Shown here: piece after piece, positions 1-10,874 of the stretch
Numbering within the stretch: position 1 is the stretch's first letter
Layout of the letters: every line of letters starts with the position of its first letter
From: Octopus sinensis
Lineage: Eukaryota
DNA length: 64,000 nt
Assembly: GCF_006345805.1 (NCBI RefSeq)
Contig: NC_042997.1
Coordinates: 171,616,001-171,680,000 of the forward strand
Reading direction: 5' to 3'
Made by a program: the position numbers and the translations under genes
The notes under the pieces: model-generated
Seen by the model: the letters and a program-made list of their open reading frames with translations, nothing else
What the model was told of the DNA's origin: nothing
Databases searched by the model: none

Positions 1-13
1 TGGAGATTGGCAA

Positions 14-360
14 GGGTGCCTGTCGTACGGTCGCATTGGAGTATTTTACGTGCCACGGCCACGAGTCGGATAGTGCTTTACGTACCACCAGACCAGGGAT
101 CCTGGCTGGTTCAATTCGATTTCGATTTCGCTTGCCCAAACATGTCTTCACAAGCAAAGGGGGTTGGCATGGGTGCCTGTCGTACGGTCGCATTGGAGTA
201 TTTTACGTGCCACGGCCCCGAGTCGGATAGTGCTTTTTACGTACCACCAGGCCAGGGATCCTGGCTGGTTCAATTCGGTTTCGATTTCGATTTCGATTTC
301 GCTTGCCCCAACATGTCTTCGCAAGCAGGGGGGGTTGGGATGGGTGTCTGTCGTCGGATG
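14..360. repeat. Tandem 157/171-bp modules in the RTE 3' UTR
   Basis: gggtgcctgtcgtacggtcgcattggagtattttacgtgccacggcc starts at 14 and at 171. A third partial unit (gggtgtctgtcgt) starts at 342. Confidence 0.85.
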
Positions 361-436
361 AGGTCTATATCGACTTCGCTTGCCTCAACCGGTCTTGTGT
401 CCAAGAGGAGGAAAGGCATTCATAAGTGGGCTGGGC

Positions 437-2628
437 TCACTTGTCCTGCCTGGTCTTCTCACGTACAGAATATTTCCAAAGGTCTCGGTCTCTGGTCATT
501 TCCTCAGTGAGGCCTAAAGTTCGAAGGTCGTGCTTCACCACCTCGTCCCAGGTTTTCCGGGTACCTCTTCCACGGGTTCCCTCAACTGCTGGGATTGGCA
601 CTTTCTCACACACCTATCTTCATCCATTCTCGCCACATGACCATACCAGCGCAATCGTCTCTCTTGCACACCACAATGATGCTTCTTGGTACAACATTTC
701 TCTCAAGGTGCTAACGCTCTGTCGAGTATGTACACTGACATTACACATCCATCGGAGCATACTGGCTTCATTCCTCACGAGCTTACGCATGTCCTCAGCA
801 GTCACAGCCCATGTTTCGCTGCCATGTAGCATGGCTGATCGTACACACGCATCATACAGTCTGCCTTTTACTCTGAGCGAGAGGCCTTTAGTCACCAGCA
901 GAGGTAAGAGCTCCCTAAACTTTGCCCAGGCTATTCTTATTCTAGCAGTTACACTTTCAGCGCACCCACCCCCCATACTGACTGGTCACCTAGATACGGA
1001 AGCTATCAACTACTTCTAGTTTTTCCCCCTGGAAAGTGACGGAAGTTGTTTTCTGCAGATTTTCGGAGGTTAATGCTCCCGAGCATCTGCCACATACAAA
1101 AACTATCTTCCCAGTTATAGCCTACCTTTGACATTGCTGCACCTCTTATGTGTCCATAGCTTACACTGGGTACATCTTATAGAGTTTCTACCTACACCTT
1201 TTCTACAGATCGAGCAGGGCCATCTTCCTGAAGATATTTGTGGATTGTCTACCTTTCTACTTATTAGTACTTGGTTTTAGCTAGGTTGACTCTAAGGCCC
1301 CTGATTCTAAACCCTCCTTCCACACCTGGAACTTCTCCTCCAGTTCTGATAGTGACTCAGCAATAAGAGCAAGGTCGTCAGCGTAGAGGAGCTCCCAGGG
1401 ACAGCCTGTCTTGAATTCCTCCGTAATTGCCTGGAGTACTATGATAAATAGGAGGGGGCTGAGTACTGAACCCTGGTGGACCCCAACCTCTACTTTGAAT
1501 TCTTCTGTGTACATGTTGCCAACCCTAACCTTACTTACGGCATCTATGTACATGGCTTGCACAGTCCTCACCAGCCATTCATCTATCCCTAGTTTCCTCA
1601 TTGACCACCAGATAAGGGATCGGGGAACCCTATCAAAAGCTTTCTCCATGTCAACGAAAGCTAGGTACAGGGGCTTATCTTTGGCTAGGTATTTCTCCTG
1701 CAGCTGCCTACCGGAATATAGCATCAGTGGTACTTTTTCCTGGCACGAACCCAACTGCATCTCATCTAAACTAACTCTCTCTCTAATTAGTTGGCTATGA
1801 CCCTCTCCGTAACCTTCATTACTTGATCAACAGCTTGATACCTCTGTAATATTTGTATCTAGGGCATCACCTTTACCTTTGTAGCAGTTGACTAGTATGC
1901 TGCTGCACCAGTCATGGGTATGACTCCTTCGTGTATCACCTGGTTGACTATACGGGTGACTAGGTTATAGCCGACACTGCCAGATATTTTGAGCATCTCT
2001 GCAGTTCCTGATGGGCCTGGGGCTTTCCCTGTCTTCATGCTTCTAATTGCCTTAGCTACCACGGAACTATCAACTCGGATAGCTGGTCCCTCTGTAGGGT
2101 CAACATTCGGCAGACTCTCTTTATCCCATTCATTTTCTCATTCAGTAACCTTTCATAGTGGCGTCTCCAAGCTTCTCTCTTTGCATCCTCATTTAGCGCA
2201 AGTGAACCATCCTCCATGCGAACACATTTCTCTCCTACCACATCACGATTCTCTCTCACACACTGTCTTGCAACACGAAATACCTCAAGTCTTTCATCCT
2301 CACGGCGCAGGACATTGGCAAATTTTCTCTTATCTGCTTCCCCTCTGGCTAGATAGACCTGTCTCCTAGCTCCCTTCTGGCAGTCTGATACCTTTCCCTG
2401 CTACCACCGTTCTTCCAGGCCTTCCAAGCCTGTTTCTTTGTCTAATAGCCCTGTCAACAATATTGTTCCACCACCACGTTATTTTGGGTCTTAAGGGGAC
2501 TTTGCACCAGCCACAGATCTGGTCAGCGGCTTTCAGCAGGTTGTCCCTCAGAAACGTCCAGTTGTCTTCTACCCCATGTGTAGCTATACCCCCTTCCACT
2601 TCGTCAAAGGCTTCAAGTAACATATCTC
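437..2628 (-). pseudogene. RTE ORF2 (reverse transcriptase) remnant with several frameshifts; endonuclease domain missing
   Basis: RT motifs are split across at least five frames. Homology to RTE stops at about 2628 (DMLLEAFDEVEG). Confidence 0.88.
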
Positions 2629-4312
2629 CGGGAAAGAATTCATGAACCTGCACCGATCGTCATGGAGTAGGACCTCCGCAGCCAGCTGCGAAGGCCACTC
2701 GGGATACTCCATGCAGGACCAAAGTCCCTCCCATTGGTTTCTCTTCCTCATTTTACCTATTTCATTTTCTATTGTTCCTCCTTTGTAGAAGAGGACTACA
2801 TAATATTTCTCCAGCCACACAATCACAAACGGCAGAGGAGACATGGGAGACGCCATCTGCGTGTTACATCCGCTGGCGGCGTTCTGTTTCTCTTCTTTCT
2901 TTTTTTCTTTTTACCGTGGGCCACGGGATGTTGAGGTTCCGGTGTTGCACACACCGGATCCACTCTTTCTCCCATAGCTTCCGGGTCTTTTAGTAGGTCA
3001 CCATTGTTCCCCACTTTTCGTTTTCTCGTTGAGGAAGTCACCGTTTCCTCATTCTGTTTCTCTCCCTCTATTGGTGGGGCAGGGAGAGGCTCCGATATCA
3101 ACTTCTCCAGGATCCTACTTTGGTCCCTGGGGCAGTTCTTCTTAATGTGGCCGGTCTCCAAACACAGGTGACACTTGGGGGGGCGTCCCTCAAGCATCAC
3201 CAGATACTTGGACCCGGCCATCCTCAAAAAGTCCGGCAAAACCAGACTCTTGGCTGACTGGCTCCATAGAGTCAAAGTAGCCTTTGACCCCTCCCAATCA
3301 GCCGCAGGTTGTATCCTAACATTTAGGATTTTTGCGTTACTGCCACCCAGACCCCGGCGGATAGAGTCTTCTATCCACTCGGGTTCAATGCCGGGCGGCA
3401 GGCCGCAGACCCATAATCTTGTTAATTTTTCTCCCTTGTAACTAGGAAGAAACAAGATCTCTTTGCCCTCAATGGGCTTGCTTGCAAAATCACAAGCAGC
3501 TTTTGGGGAGTCAAACAGCAACCAAACCGTTGCATATTTGGCTCCCCATGTAATGTATTTTACGGCTGGCATATAATCTGCCAGCTCATCAATTATTTTT
3601 TCCTTCGGAAAGACCGTGACGGTGTTGAGCGACTTTGAATAAGTCCTCAGTACCACGGTCTTATCCTCCAGTTCTTTCAGATAACTTTTCGGAGGTGTCA
3701 ACTCCCATATGGTTAACTCCTTTGCCATAACAAAAGTTCAAAAAAATAGTTCAACGTGATAAAAATAAATAGACAAAAAAAGGAGGATAAAAACCAGAAC
3801 AGAAGGGAAGAAACAAAATTAGAAACAGCAGTTCAAAAAAAGTTTTTTTTTTTTTTAAAATAAAAGATAGCAGAAGAGAGTTCGAATCCAGGCAAAGGAA
3901 TTGTTATTATTTTTTTTTTCTTATATTTTCCCGGCCAAAAAGGTATTCCAGGCCACTGGTAATCCACTTGTGTTAATATTCTTGGTACTCCGTTGGTATA
4001 TCCGAAGACAAAGGCAATTACACACGTTAATTTTTGAGGTGGGGCTATGCCTCCTCAACAAAAACCACAATTCTCACTAAAAAGTGAGACTTTATATTCA
4101 ACAACAGGCAGAAAAAATATATCTGGAGCAAAGTGGAGTTTATTACCCGCTAAAAATTATTAAATGCTAAAAAACATTAATGCAAGCAATAAAATTCACT
4201 TAGCCCACAAGAATACAAAATTCCTACCTTTAGTCGAGTCAAAAATTCAACATTTCACGTCGAAGCACGTGGCAACTTGAGCAGCCAAAAAAACACGTCC
4301 GAACACGTCAGA
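2629..4312 (-). mobile_element. 5' portion (5' UTR + ORF1) of a Tx1/L1-like non-LTR retrotransposon
   Basis: About 580 bp of T-rich leader (3729-4312) precedes a 301-aa gag-like ORF. No ORF2 in the window because the RTE begins at 2628. Confidence 0.7.
2823..3728 (-). CDS. LINE ORF1p, nucleic-acid-binding gag-like protein (RRM-like N-terminus, one CCHC zinc knuckle, basic C-terminus)
   Basis: 301-aa ORF with CHLCLETGHIKKNC (CX2CX4HX4C, 3132-3173), RRM-like segments (RLWVCGLPPGIEPEWI) and a KKKKRKKR tract. A probable frameshift near 2860 continues as MASPMSPLPFVIVWLEKYY... to about 2630. Confidence 0.8.
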   Translation of the reverse strand: MAKELTIWELTPPKSYLKELEDKTVVLRTYSKSLNTVTVFPKEKIIDELADYMPAVKYITWGAKYATVWLLFDSPKAACDFASKPIEGKEILFLPSYKGEKLTRLWVCGLPPGIEPEWIEDSIRRGLGGSNAKILNVRIQPAADWEGSKATLTLWSQSAKSLVLPDFLRMAGSKYLVMLEGRPPKCHLCLETGHIKKNCPRDQSRILEKLISEPLPAPPIEGEKQNEETVTSSTRKRKVGNNGDLLKDPEAMGERVDPVCATPEPQHPVAHGKKKKRKKRNRTPPADVTRRWRLPCLLCRL

Positions 4313-4350
4313 GGTTAGCAAGCTACTTACCACACAGCCAGTCCTGTGCA
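4313..4350 (-). mobile_element. Truncated head of tRNA-derived SINE family A
   Basis: Reverse complement gcacaggactggctgtgtggtaagtagcttgctaacc matches the first ~38 nt of full copies (e.g. 11212, 44363), then switches abruptly to LINE leader. Confidence 0.75.
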
Positions 4351-4515
4351 AACCATTTATAGTTATTTAACCTGTTAGCATTTAAACAGGTCATATGTGA
4401 CTCAAATATTCTACCTGGATCAAGTAAATCAAATTGGCCTGATCCAACCTCTCACACTTACCCAACAATGTCATTCTAAAAATAAACAATCGCATCCTTA
4501 TAGGCATAGACATTG

Positions 4516-5120
4516 GTGTGTAGTAAGAAATTTGCTTCTCAACTACATGGTTCTAGTTTCAGTCCCACTGCATTGTACCATGGACAAATGTTTTCTGTTA
4601 TAGTGATGGGCTGATCAAAGCTTTGTGATTGGATTTGGTAGAAGGAAACTGAAAGAAGCCTGTCATGCATATGCATATATATATAGATATATATATATAT
4701 ACCTGTATGTGCCTTTGTGTCTGTGTTGGCCCAAGGCTATAGTAGAAGACACTTGCCCAAGGTGCCATGCAGTGGGACTGAACCCGGAACCATGTGGTTG
4801 GTAAACAAGCTACTTACCACACAGCCACTCTTGCGCTTATGCATACTTCTCATGACTTTATTTTGTTGCTGCCTCCATGCTATTATCCACTCTGTTTATC
4901 TGCCAAAATAACTGGCTTAAAAAGAAAAAAATAGGTGCAGGCATGGCTGTGTGGTTTAAAAAGCTCACTCTGTATCCACATGGCTCCAGGTTCTGTTCCA
5001 CTGTACACTTGTACACTTGCCTGGTTCCACCTTGGGCAAGTGTCATGTCTTCTGCTGTAGCTCAGGACAACCAATACTTTGTGAGTGAATTTGGTAGATA
5101 GAAACTGTGTGGAAGCCTGT
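4516..5120. mobile_element. Cluster of three partial SINE family A copies (+ 4516-4670, - 4715-4840, + 4934-5120)
   Basis: tRNA-like head tggctgtgtggt...ggttc(a/c)gtcccact and body ggatttggtagacggaaactgaaagaagcc. Confidence 0.75.
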
Positions 5121-5149
5121 GTCAAATATATGTATGTATAGCATTTTTT

Positions 5150-5330
5150 TTATGGTCGGATAACTGAAGAGATGGCGGCGTGGGTTTCTACTCCGAAATC
5201 CAAAACTTGGAGTTTTATCATGGCTACCGAATAATTGTCACATATTATATTTACAGGTAAATTTCTCTATTTATATAATATCAAGGTCTCTTTCATTCTT
5301 TTGTTGTCTTACCATTTCTATCAATATACA
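5150..5330 (+). repeat. Short interspersed repeat with a degenerate hammerhead-like motif (Penelope-like derived); second copy at 15180-15430
   Basis: gagttttatcatggctaccgaataa.tgtcacatatta.atttacag.taaatt..tctattta.ataatatcaaggtctctttcattc is shared with 15313-15410. gataa-CTGAAGA at 5159-5170. Confidence 0.65.
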
Positions 5331-5348
5331 CACACACACACATGCACA

Positions 5349-5950
5349 CAGGCTGTCCCAAAAGTCACTGATGGGTTTCAGTTTTTAATAACATCGTTAA
5401 CTTTGCAAATAAATGCTGGAAATTTTGATACAATATAAAGGACAATATGGACATTAATATGCACAAGTCAAATTTTGCAACACAACTACATCACATACGA
5501 AAAATGACATCACTTAAATGGCAACTATTTTCGGCTTTGCATGCTCATGCCCTTTCCAGAACTTTCCCCATTACACCCTCAAGAGTTTCAGACCCCACTT
5601 CTCTGATTTCTCTAATGATGTTCTCCTTCAGTTGCCCAGGGTCTCTGGTTTGTTGACGCAAACCCTCTCTTTCAGGTATCCCTGCAAGGAAAAGTCCTGG
5701 CTAGTCAAGTCTAGGGAACATGAAGACCAATTGACATTGTTGTAGCAGGAGATTATTCTTTCCCCAAAGCACTGCCATAACAACTGCATTTTTTTTCTCT
5801 TGCAGTTTGAGTAGTTGCCCATCTTCCTGGAACCATGTGTGAGGTCTTCTTTGATATAAGGAGGGCCTAAGTACATGCAAACACCGCTTTTTCCATACCT
5901 TAAGATTTTTCCACAAATCTAAATGCCACCTAAATAACCACACAAGCATA
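5349..5950 (-). mobile_element. Tc1/mariner (rosa/DD41D-like) transposase 3' fragment with TIR
   Basis: WFQEDG and NWSSCSLDLTSQDFSLQGYLKERVCVNKPETL resemble WFQQDG...WPPRSPDLTPLDFFLWGYLK. TIR-like caggctgtccca at 5349. Confidence 0.65.
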
Positions 5951-6584
5951 TATCCACAACACCCCTTAGGTAACCCCCAACAACCCTACTTAACTTTCTT
6001 TTATTTCCATTTTAATTTTTAATTTTTAATCCTTAATTTTTGAACTCCCTCATCTTACTTTAAGGATCTCAATCATTTAATACTACATATATGGACGTAC
6101 AAGCAGATGCATGTGTGTGTGTGTAAATGTGTGTGTATGTATTTTTATTCTATCGGGCTCTTTTTGCCGAACCACCAAGTTATGGGGACATAAACACAAC
6201 AGCATCGGTTGTCAAGTGATGTTGGGGGACAAACACAGACACACACACACACACACACACGCATATGTGTGTGTATATATATATGTATATAAACATATAT
6301 ATATATGTATATATTTATATATGTATGTACATACATACATATATATATTTATATATGTATGTATGTACATACATACTGTATATTTGCATATGCGTGTATG
6401 TGTGTATGGCTACTTACATACACTTGCTTTGCAGACACACACACACACATGCATACGATGTCATAACTAATCATCAACTCCCACACATGGTTCATCTGTC
6501 AATCTTTGGTCTTGTGTTTCCACGGCCAAGAAAGATTTCAAGAATATGGTCAGGAAATATTTATGAAAGAATTGTACTTTCTCT

Positions 6585-7395
6585 ACTGCTGCTCTGCTGC
6601 CATTGCTGCTAATTGCTAATGCTGCTCCTGCTCTTGCTGCTAACTGCCAATGCTGCTGCTAATTGCCAATACTACTGCTGCTGCTGTTGCTGGTGAGGCT
6701 AGCAATGCTGTCACTTGAGTTTCATTGATTACTTGGAACTGGCTGCAAAATGTTGTTTGTTTTTGTTCTTCTTCCTCAACAACATGACCTTTCACTTCCT
6801 GTGAACGACAGCTACAACAACAACTGCCACAACATCAATAACACCAACAATGATGAGCCACTGAAGACGTATTGCCATCATCATCATCATCGTCATCATC
6901 ATCACCATCACCATTGTTGTTATTGTTGTTGTCGTCATTGTCAGCAGCAGCAGCAGCAGTAGTAGCATCAACACCAGCAGCTCCATCATCATCATCCTCA
7001 TCATCTCTACCACCAACACCAACATGACAATGACGATGACCACCACTACCATCACCACCATTAACGACAATGCCACTAGCATCCCCCTTTTCTTCCTCTG
7101 CCTCCTCCTCCTCCTCCTCCTCCTCATCATCATCATCATCACCACCACCACTACCACCACCACCATTACCACCATAAACAACAATGCCACTAGCATCCTC
7201 CTTCTCTTCTTCCTCCCCTTCTCCCGCCTCCTCCTCCTCATTATCCTCATCATCATCATCATCATCAACACCACCACCACCACCACCATCAACCACAACG
7301 ACAACAACAACACTAACATCTTCTAACATCCTCCCAACAACACCACTAACATCCTTCCCTCCCCATCCTCTATCTCATCATCATCATCATCATCG
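6585..7395. repeat. Compound trinucleotide array (GCT, CAT, CAG, CAC, CTC, AAC)
   Basis: Directly visible. It generates poly-amino-acid ORFs in several frames on both strands. Confidence 0.9.
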
Positions 7396-7414
7396 TAATT
7401 AGCACCAACAAGAA

Positions 7415-7690
7415 GGGAACCTTTACCTGATCGTCCAGCCTGCTAGAAACAGCAGGCAAATCTTCTTCAAATCGCACCCTACCACCTTTATCAAAGTTCA
7501 CATCGGATAACGTAATCTCAAGTTCCCTGTTCTCAAGGCAAAAAAGATAGGATTGTCTTGATTAGAATGCTTTTAATCATAGATCTGCTTGATTAAAGCT
7601 GACCCGGAGCTACACAGCTACTGCAGCAGCTTCAACAAGAACAACAACAGCAACAACAACAACAACAACAGCAGCAACAACATAGCAACC
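7415..7690 (+). mobile_element. 3' portion of a SINE-like repeat ending in a (CAA/CAG)n tail
   Basis: ccagcctgctagaaa...atagatctgcttgattaaagctgacc followed by a CAA/CAG tail. A similar tail lies at 10743 and about 54945. Confidence 0.55.
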
Positions 7691-7749
7691 TGTGAAACAA
7701 TGAAAGAGCTATTGTTTCACATATTTATGATTATTGATTGCAGCCATAC

Positions 7750-7935
7750 TGTGGTGGTGTATTGGTATTTCGTCTGTCTTTACGTTCTGAGTTCAAATTC
7801 TGCCGAAGTCATCTTTGCCTTTCATCCTTTCAGGGTCGATAATTTAAGTACCAGTTGCATACTGGGGTTGATCTAATTGATTGGCCTCCCCCTCCCCCAA
7901 AATTTCGGGCCTTGTGCCTAGAGTAGTAGAAAAGA
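7750..7935 (+). mobile_element. SINE family B, partial
   Basis: gttcaaattctgccgaagtcatctttgcctttcatcctttcagggtcgataatttaagtaccag matches the full copy at 26195. Confidence 0.75.
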
Positions 7936-8137
7936 ATATTAATTCTGTCAGTCTTATTTTGATGAACTGCTAAGTTTCAAGGATGCAAACAAATAAACAC
8001 TTGTTGTCAAATGTTAACAAACACAAAGACATATACACATATGCATACACAACGCACACTGAAAGTCCACTGTGTGTGTGTGTGTGTGTGTTTGTTTGTT
8101 TGTGTGTGTGTGTGTTTGTTTGTGTGTGTGTGTGTTT

Positions 8138-10563
8138 GTTAGTTAGTTAGTTAGTTAATTTGGCTCAAAAGCAAATAGCAAGGCCATGTAGGGGGACATG
8201 GAGTTAAGTACAGGGTGGTGTTCATGTAAAGAGTTCAGGCCACTTGAGGTCCAGGGAGGCTTTGAACAAAGCGGTCGTCGGCATCTTCACCATCTCGTCT
8301 GGCAGCTTGTTCCACGGATCTGCAACCCGGATGGAGAAAGCTCCTCTCCTTCGATTGAGATGAAATTGTCGCAGGTAGAGCTTTTCGGAATGACCCCGCA
8401 GCCGACGCTCTGGAGCAGGAGTGAAGAGCAGCTCTTTCGAGAGGTTACACTTTCCGCTTATGATGTTGTGGGCGAGAATGAGATCACCATGGCGGCGGCG
8501 TTTTTCAAGAGAATAAAGGTCAAGCGTCCTCAGCCTTTCTTCGTAGGACAAATTTTTGAGACCATGAACCATGCGGGTAGCCAGCTCCTGGACTCTTTCG
8601 AGATGCTGTATGTCTTTGAGGAGATAAGGAGAAGAGGCTTGAATCCCATACTCCAATATGGGTCTCACCAGCGTGGCATAGAGTGGTAGGAATATGGCTG
8701 CTGTGAGCATTCCGAATGACCGTCGAATCAAGAACAGAATTCCGCGTGCTTTGTTGGCAGCATGGACACACTGGGCCGAAGGCGAAAAGGAGGAATCCAC
8801 CAAGATACCCAGGTCCTTTACCTGATCGGTCCTCTCCAGCAGCAGACGACCCGGCTCGAAATCAAGTTGAGTTGCAGGAGGAGAGCCAACAGGCAGATGA
8901 CAGCACTTTGACATGTTCAGACACAGGTCCCAATCATTAGACCACTTCCAAATTTGGTGGAGGCATCGACGAAGATCCTCTATATCACCGCGAGGAGCGA
9001 CCAGTTTGATATCGTCGGCAAATAGAAGGGTGTGTTGCGTGAGGTCGTCGGGCAAGTCATTTATGAAGACTAAGAACAACAAGGGCCCAAGCACTGAACC
9101 TTGAGGCACGCCACTGCTCGCACTGGAGACGTCGGACCGCGAACCATTAACTTGGACTTGGAAGGAGCGATCTGAGAGGAAGGCACCAACCCATCGTACA
9201 ATATCCGGATGGAAACTATATGCTTGAAGCTTGACAAGTAATAGGCGGTGGTTTACCGAGTCAAAAGCTTTGGCAAAGTCCAATAAAACGATGTCAACAG
9301 CATCTCTATCATCGAGGATGCGCGTCACCAATTCTTCCATTACTAGTAAGTTGGTCAAGCATGATCTCTTCGGCACGAAGCCGTGTTGGGAATCAGAGAT
9401 AGAGGCTGTGTTTAGGAGGTGGAGCATCATACTTTTCTTAAGGATGGTTTCGAACATCTTGCTGATTATTGATGTAAGGGAAACCGGTCGGTAGTTAAGC
9501 GGGTCTTCGCGGCTCCCTTTCTTGAAAATTGGGCAGATTATCGCTGTTCTCCAGTCTGCAGGTATAACACCCGTCGCCAATGACATATTGAATAGACGTG
9601 TTAAGGGCTCACAGATGACCGGAGCCAACGCTTTGATAACCCGTGGGTGTATGCCGTCAGGGCCGTGACCCTTGTTGACATCGAGGCCTTGAATAACACT
9701 TTCGACTTCGTCCCGCGTGATGACCAATCGAAGCATTGGAGGTACCGATCTATCAAATGGAGGGGGTTCACGACCATCATCTTGTTTGAAAATAGTTGAA
9801 AAAGCCTCGGCAAATAATTGACTCTGTTGATAAGGGTCCTCAATCGATACGCCTGTTGAGTCTACCAACGTTGCAATCTGGTTGTTCAAGCGGGAATTCC
9901 GCTGGACATGGGCAAAGAAGGTTTTTGGATTGCTACTGGCATTTGCCGCGATTTTGTATTCATAACTGAAGCGTTCTTTCTTTTCAATTTTCATGGCTCG
10001 GTCTCGTTGAGTTTTGTACACCTCAAAAGCTGCAGTCGAATCCAGATTTTTGAATTCAGCCCAAGCAATATCTCTGAGTCGACGTTCTCGTTTAACTTTC
10101 TTCGTCATTCAGGGCTTGTGTTTCTTCTTCTTGGGAAGCCCAACGGGAACTGCCTGGTCAGTCAACCAGATTACATATGCTTTGAGGGATGACCATAGTT
10201 CGTCAACTGAGGACAACGTCATCAGGGATCGCCAGTCCAGAAGCGCGGAAGCCTCAGTTAGAATTTCAAGATTAATTGCAGAGAAGACTCTACGTGGCAG
10301 CGAAGTAGTCGTGGGCGTAGAAAAAGTTGTGTGCATGACGAACTTCAGGACCGCATGATCATGCAAGAGGGGCGCACACAGATACGTCTGACACTGATCT
10401 TGGATAGCGGGAGAATACCAGATCTAGCATAGATGGCTGCTGCCCAGACCGATGCCTTGTCGGATATTCAACATGTTGCGATAGAAAACAATCTTCAGCC
10501 ACGTCAAGAAGGGCCTGGCCGAACCGGGAAGATGTTGTACAAATTGATGCGGGCCAATCGATC
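8138..10563 (-). mobile_element. CR1-clade LINE, 5'-truncated within the APE domain, with (TAAC)n 3' tail, inserted in a (CA)n/(CAAA)n tract
   Basis: The RT ORF is followed by a ~65-nt 3' UTR and (gtta)n at 8138-8157. GT/GTTT microsatellite flanks both ends. Confidence 0.92.
8222..10560 (-). pseudogene. CR1 ORF2 (partial APE endonuclease + complete RT); 628-aa open segment 8222-10108
   Basis: Motifs NYRPVSLTS, DFAKAFDSVNH, SGVPQGSVLGPLLFLVFINDLP, LFADDIKL, VKDLGI, RPILEY and WNKLP. An in-frame TGA at KP*MTKK (expected KPWMT) joins 10109-10366. Upstream PTRHRSGQQPSMLDLVF...DHAVL is the APE C-terminus, with a small frameshift. Confidence 0.92.
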
Positions 10564-10742
10564 GTTTGTGTGTGTATTTGTTTGTGTGTGTATTTGTGTG
10601 TGTAAGCACATGTGTGTGTATGTGTGTGTTTGTGTGTGTGTTTGTTTGTGTGTGCGTGTATGTGTGCCTATTTTTGTCCCCACCACCAGCATTGGATAAC
10701 TGGTGTTGGTTTGTTTACATTCCTGAGACCAGCTGAATAAGC

Positions 10743-10837
10743 CATAGATCTGCTCGATTAAAGCTGACCTGGAGCTACACAGCTACTGCAGCATCATCAA
10801 CAACAACAACAACAACAACAGCAGCAGCAGCAGCAGC

Positions 10838-10874
<37 letters not shown>

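Larger units (their letters stand above)
1..2628 (-). mobile_element. RTE-clade LINE, 5'-truncated and degenerate; 3' end runs off the left edge of the window
   Basis: Minus-strand ORF pieces 2366-2653, 2056-2259, 1281-1760 and 620-976 carry RTE ORF2 motifs (WWWNN, YLAFVDMEKAFDRVPR, GVHQGSVLSPLLF, LLYADDLALIAE, RSAMLHGSETW). The ORF ends ...DRDLWKYSVREKTRQDK* at 437-439. 3' UTR is 1-436. Confidence 0.9.

Noticed and set aside
6111-6612. Many 60-270-aa ORFs rich in C/V/Y/I/H/T or homopolymer runs (also 16441-17807, 28060-29177, 60120-63385)
   Set aside because: They are translations of TA, CA, TCTA and trinucleotide microsatellites, are open in several frames on both strands, and have no domain content.
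6835-7329. 164-aa G/D/E-rich ORF resembling an acidic matrix protein
   Set aside because: No signal peptide or splice support, and all other frames are equally open; treated as a repeat (structure noted under findings).
8198-8689. 163-aa plus-strand ORF, and the similar 426-1019, 1411-1800 and 1989-2369 ORFs
   Set aside because: Antisense shadows of LINE ORF2 coding sequence.
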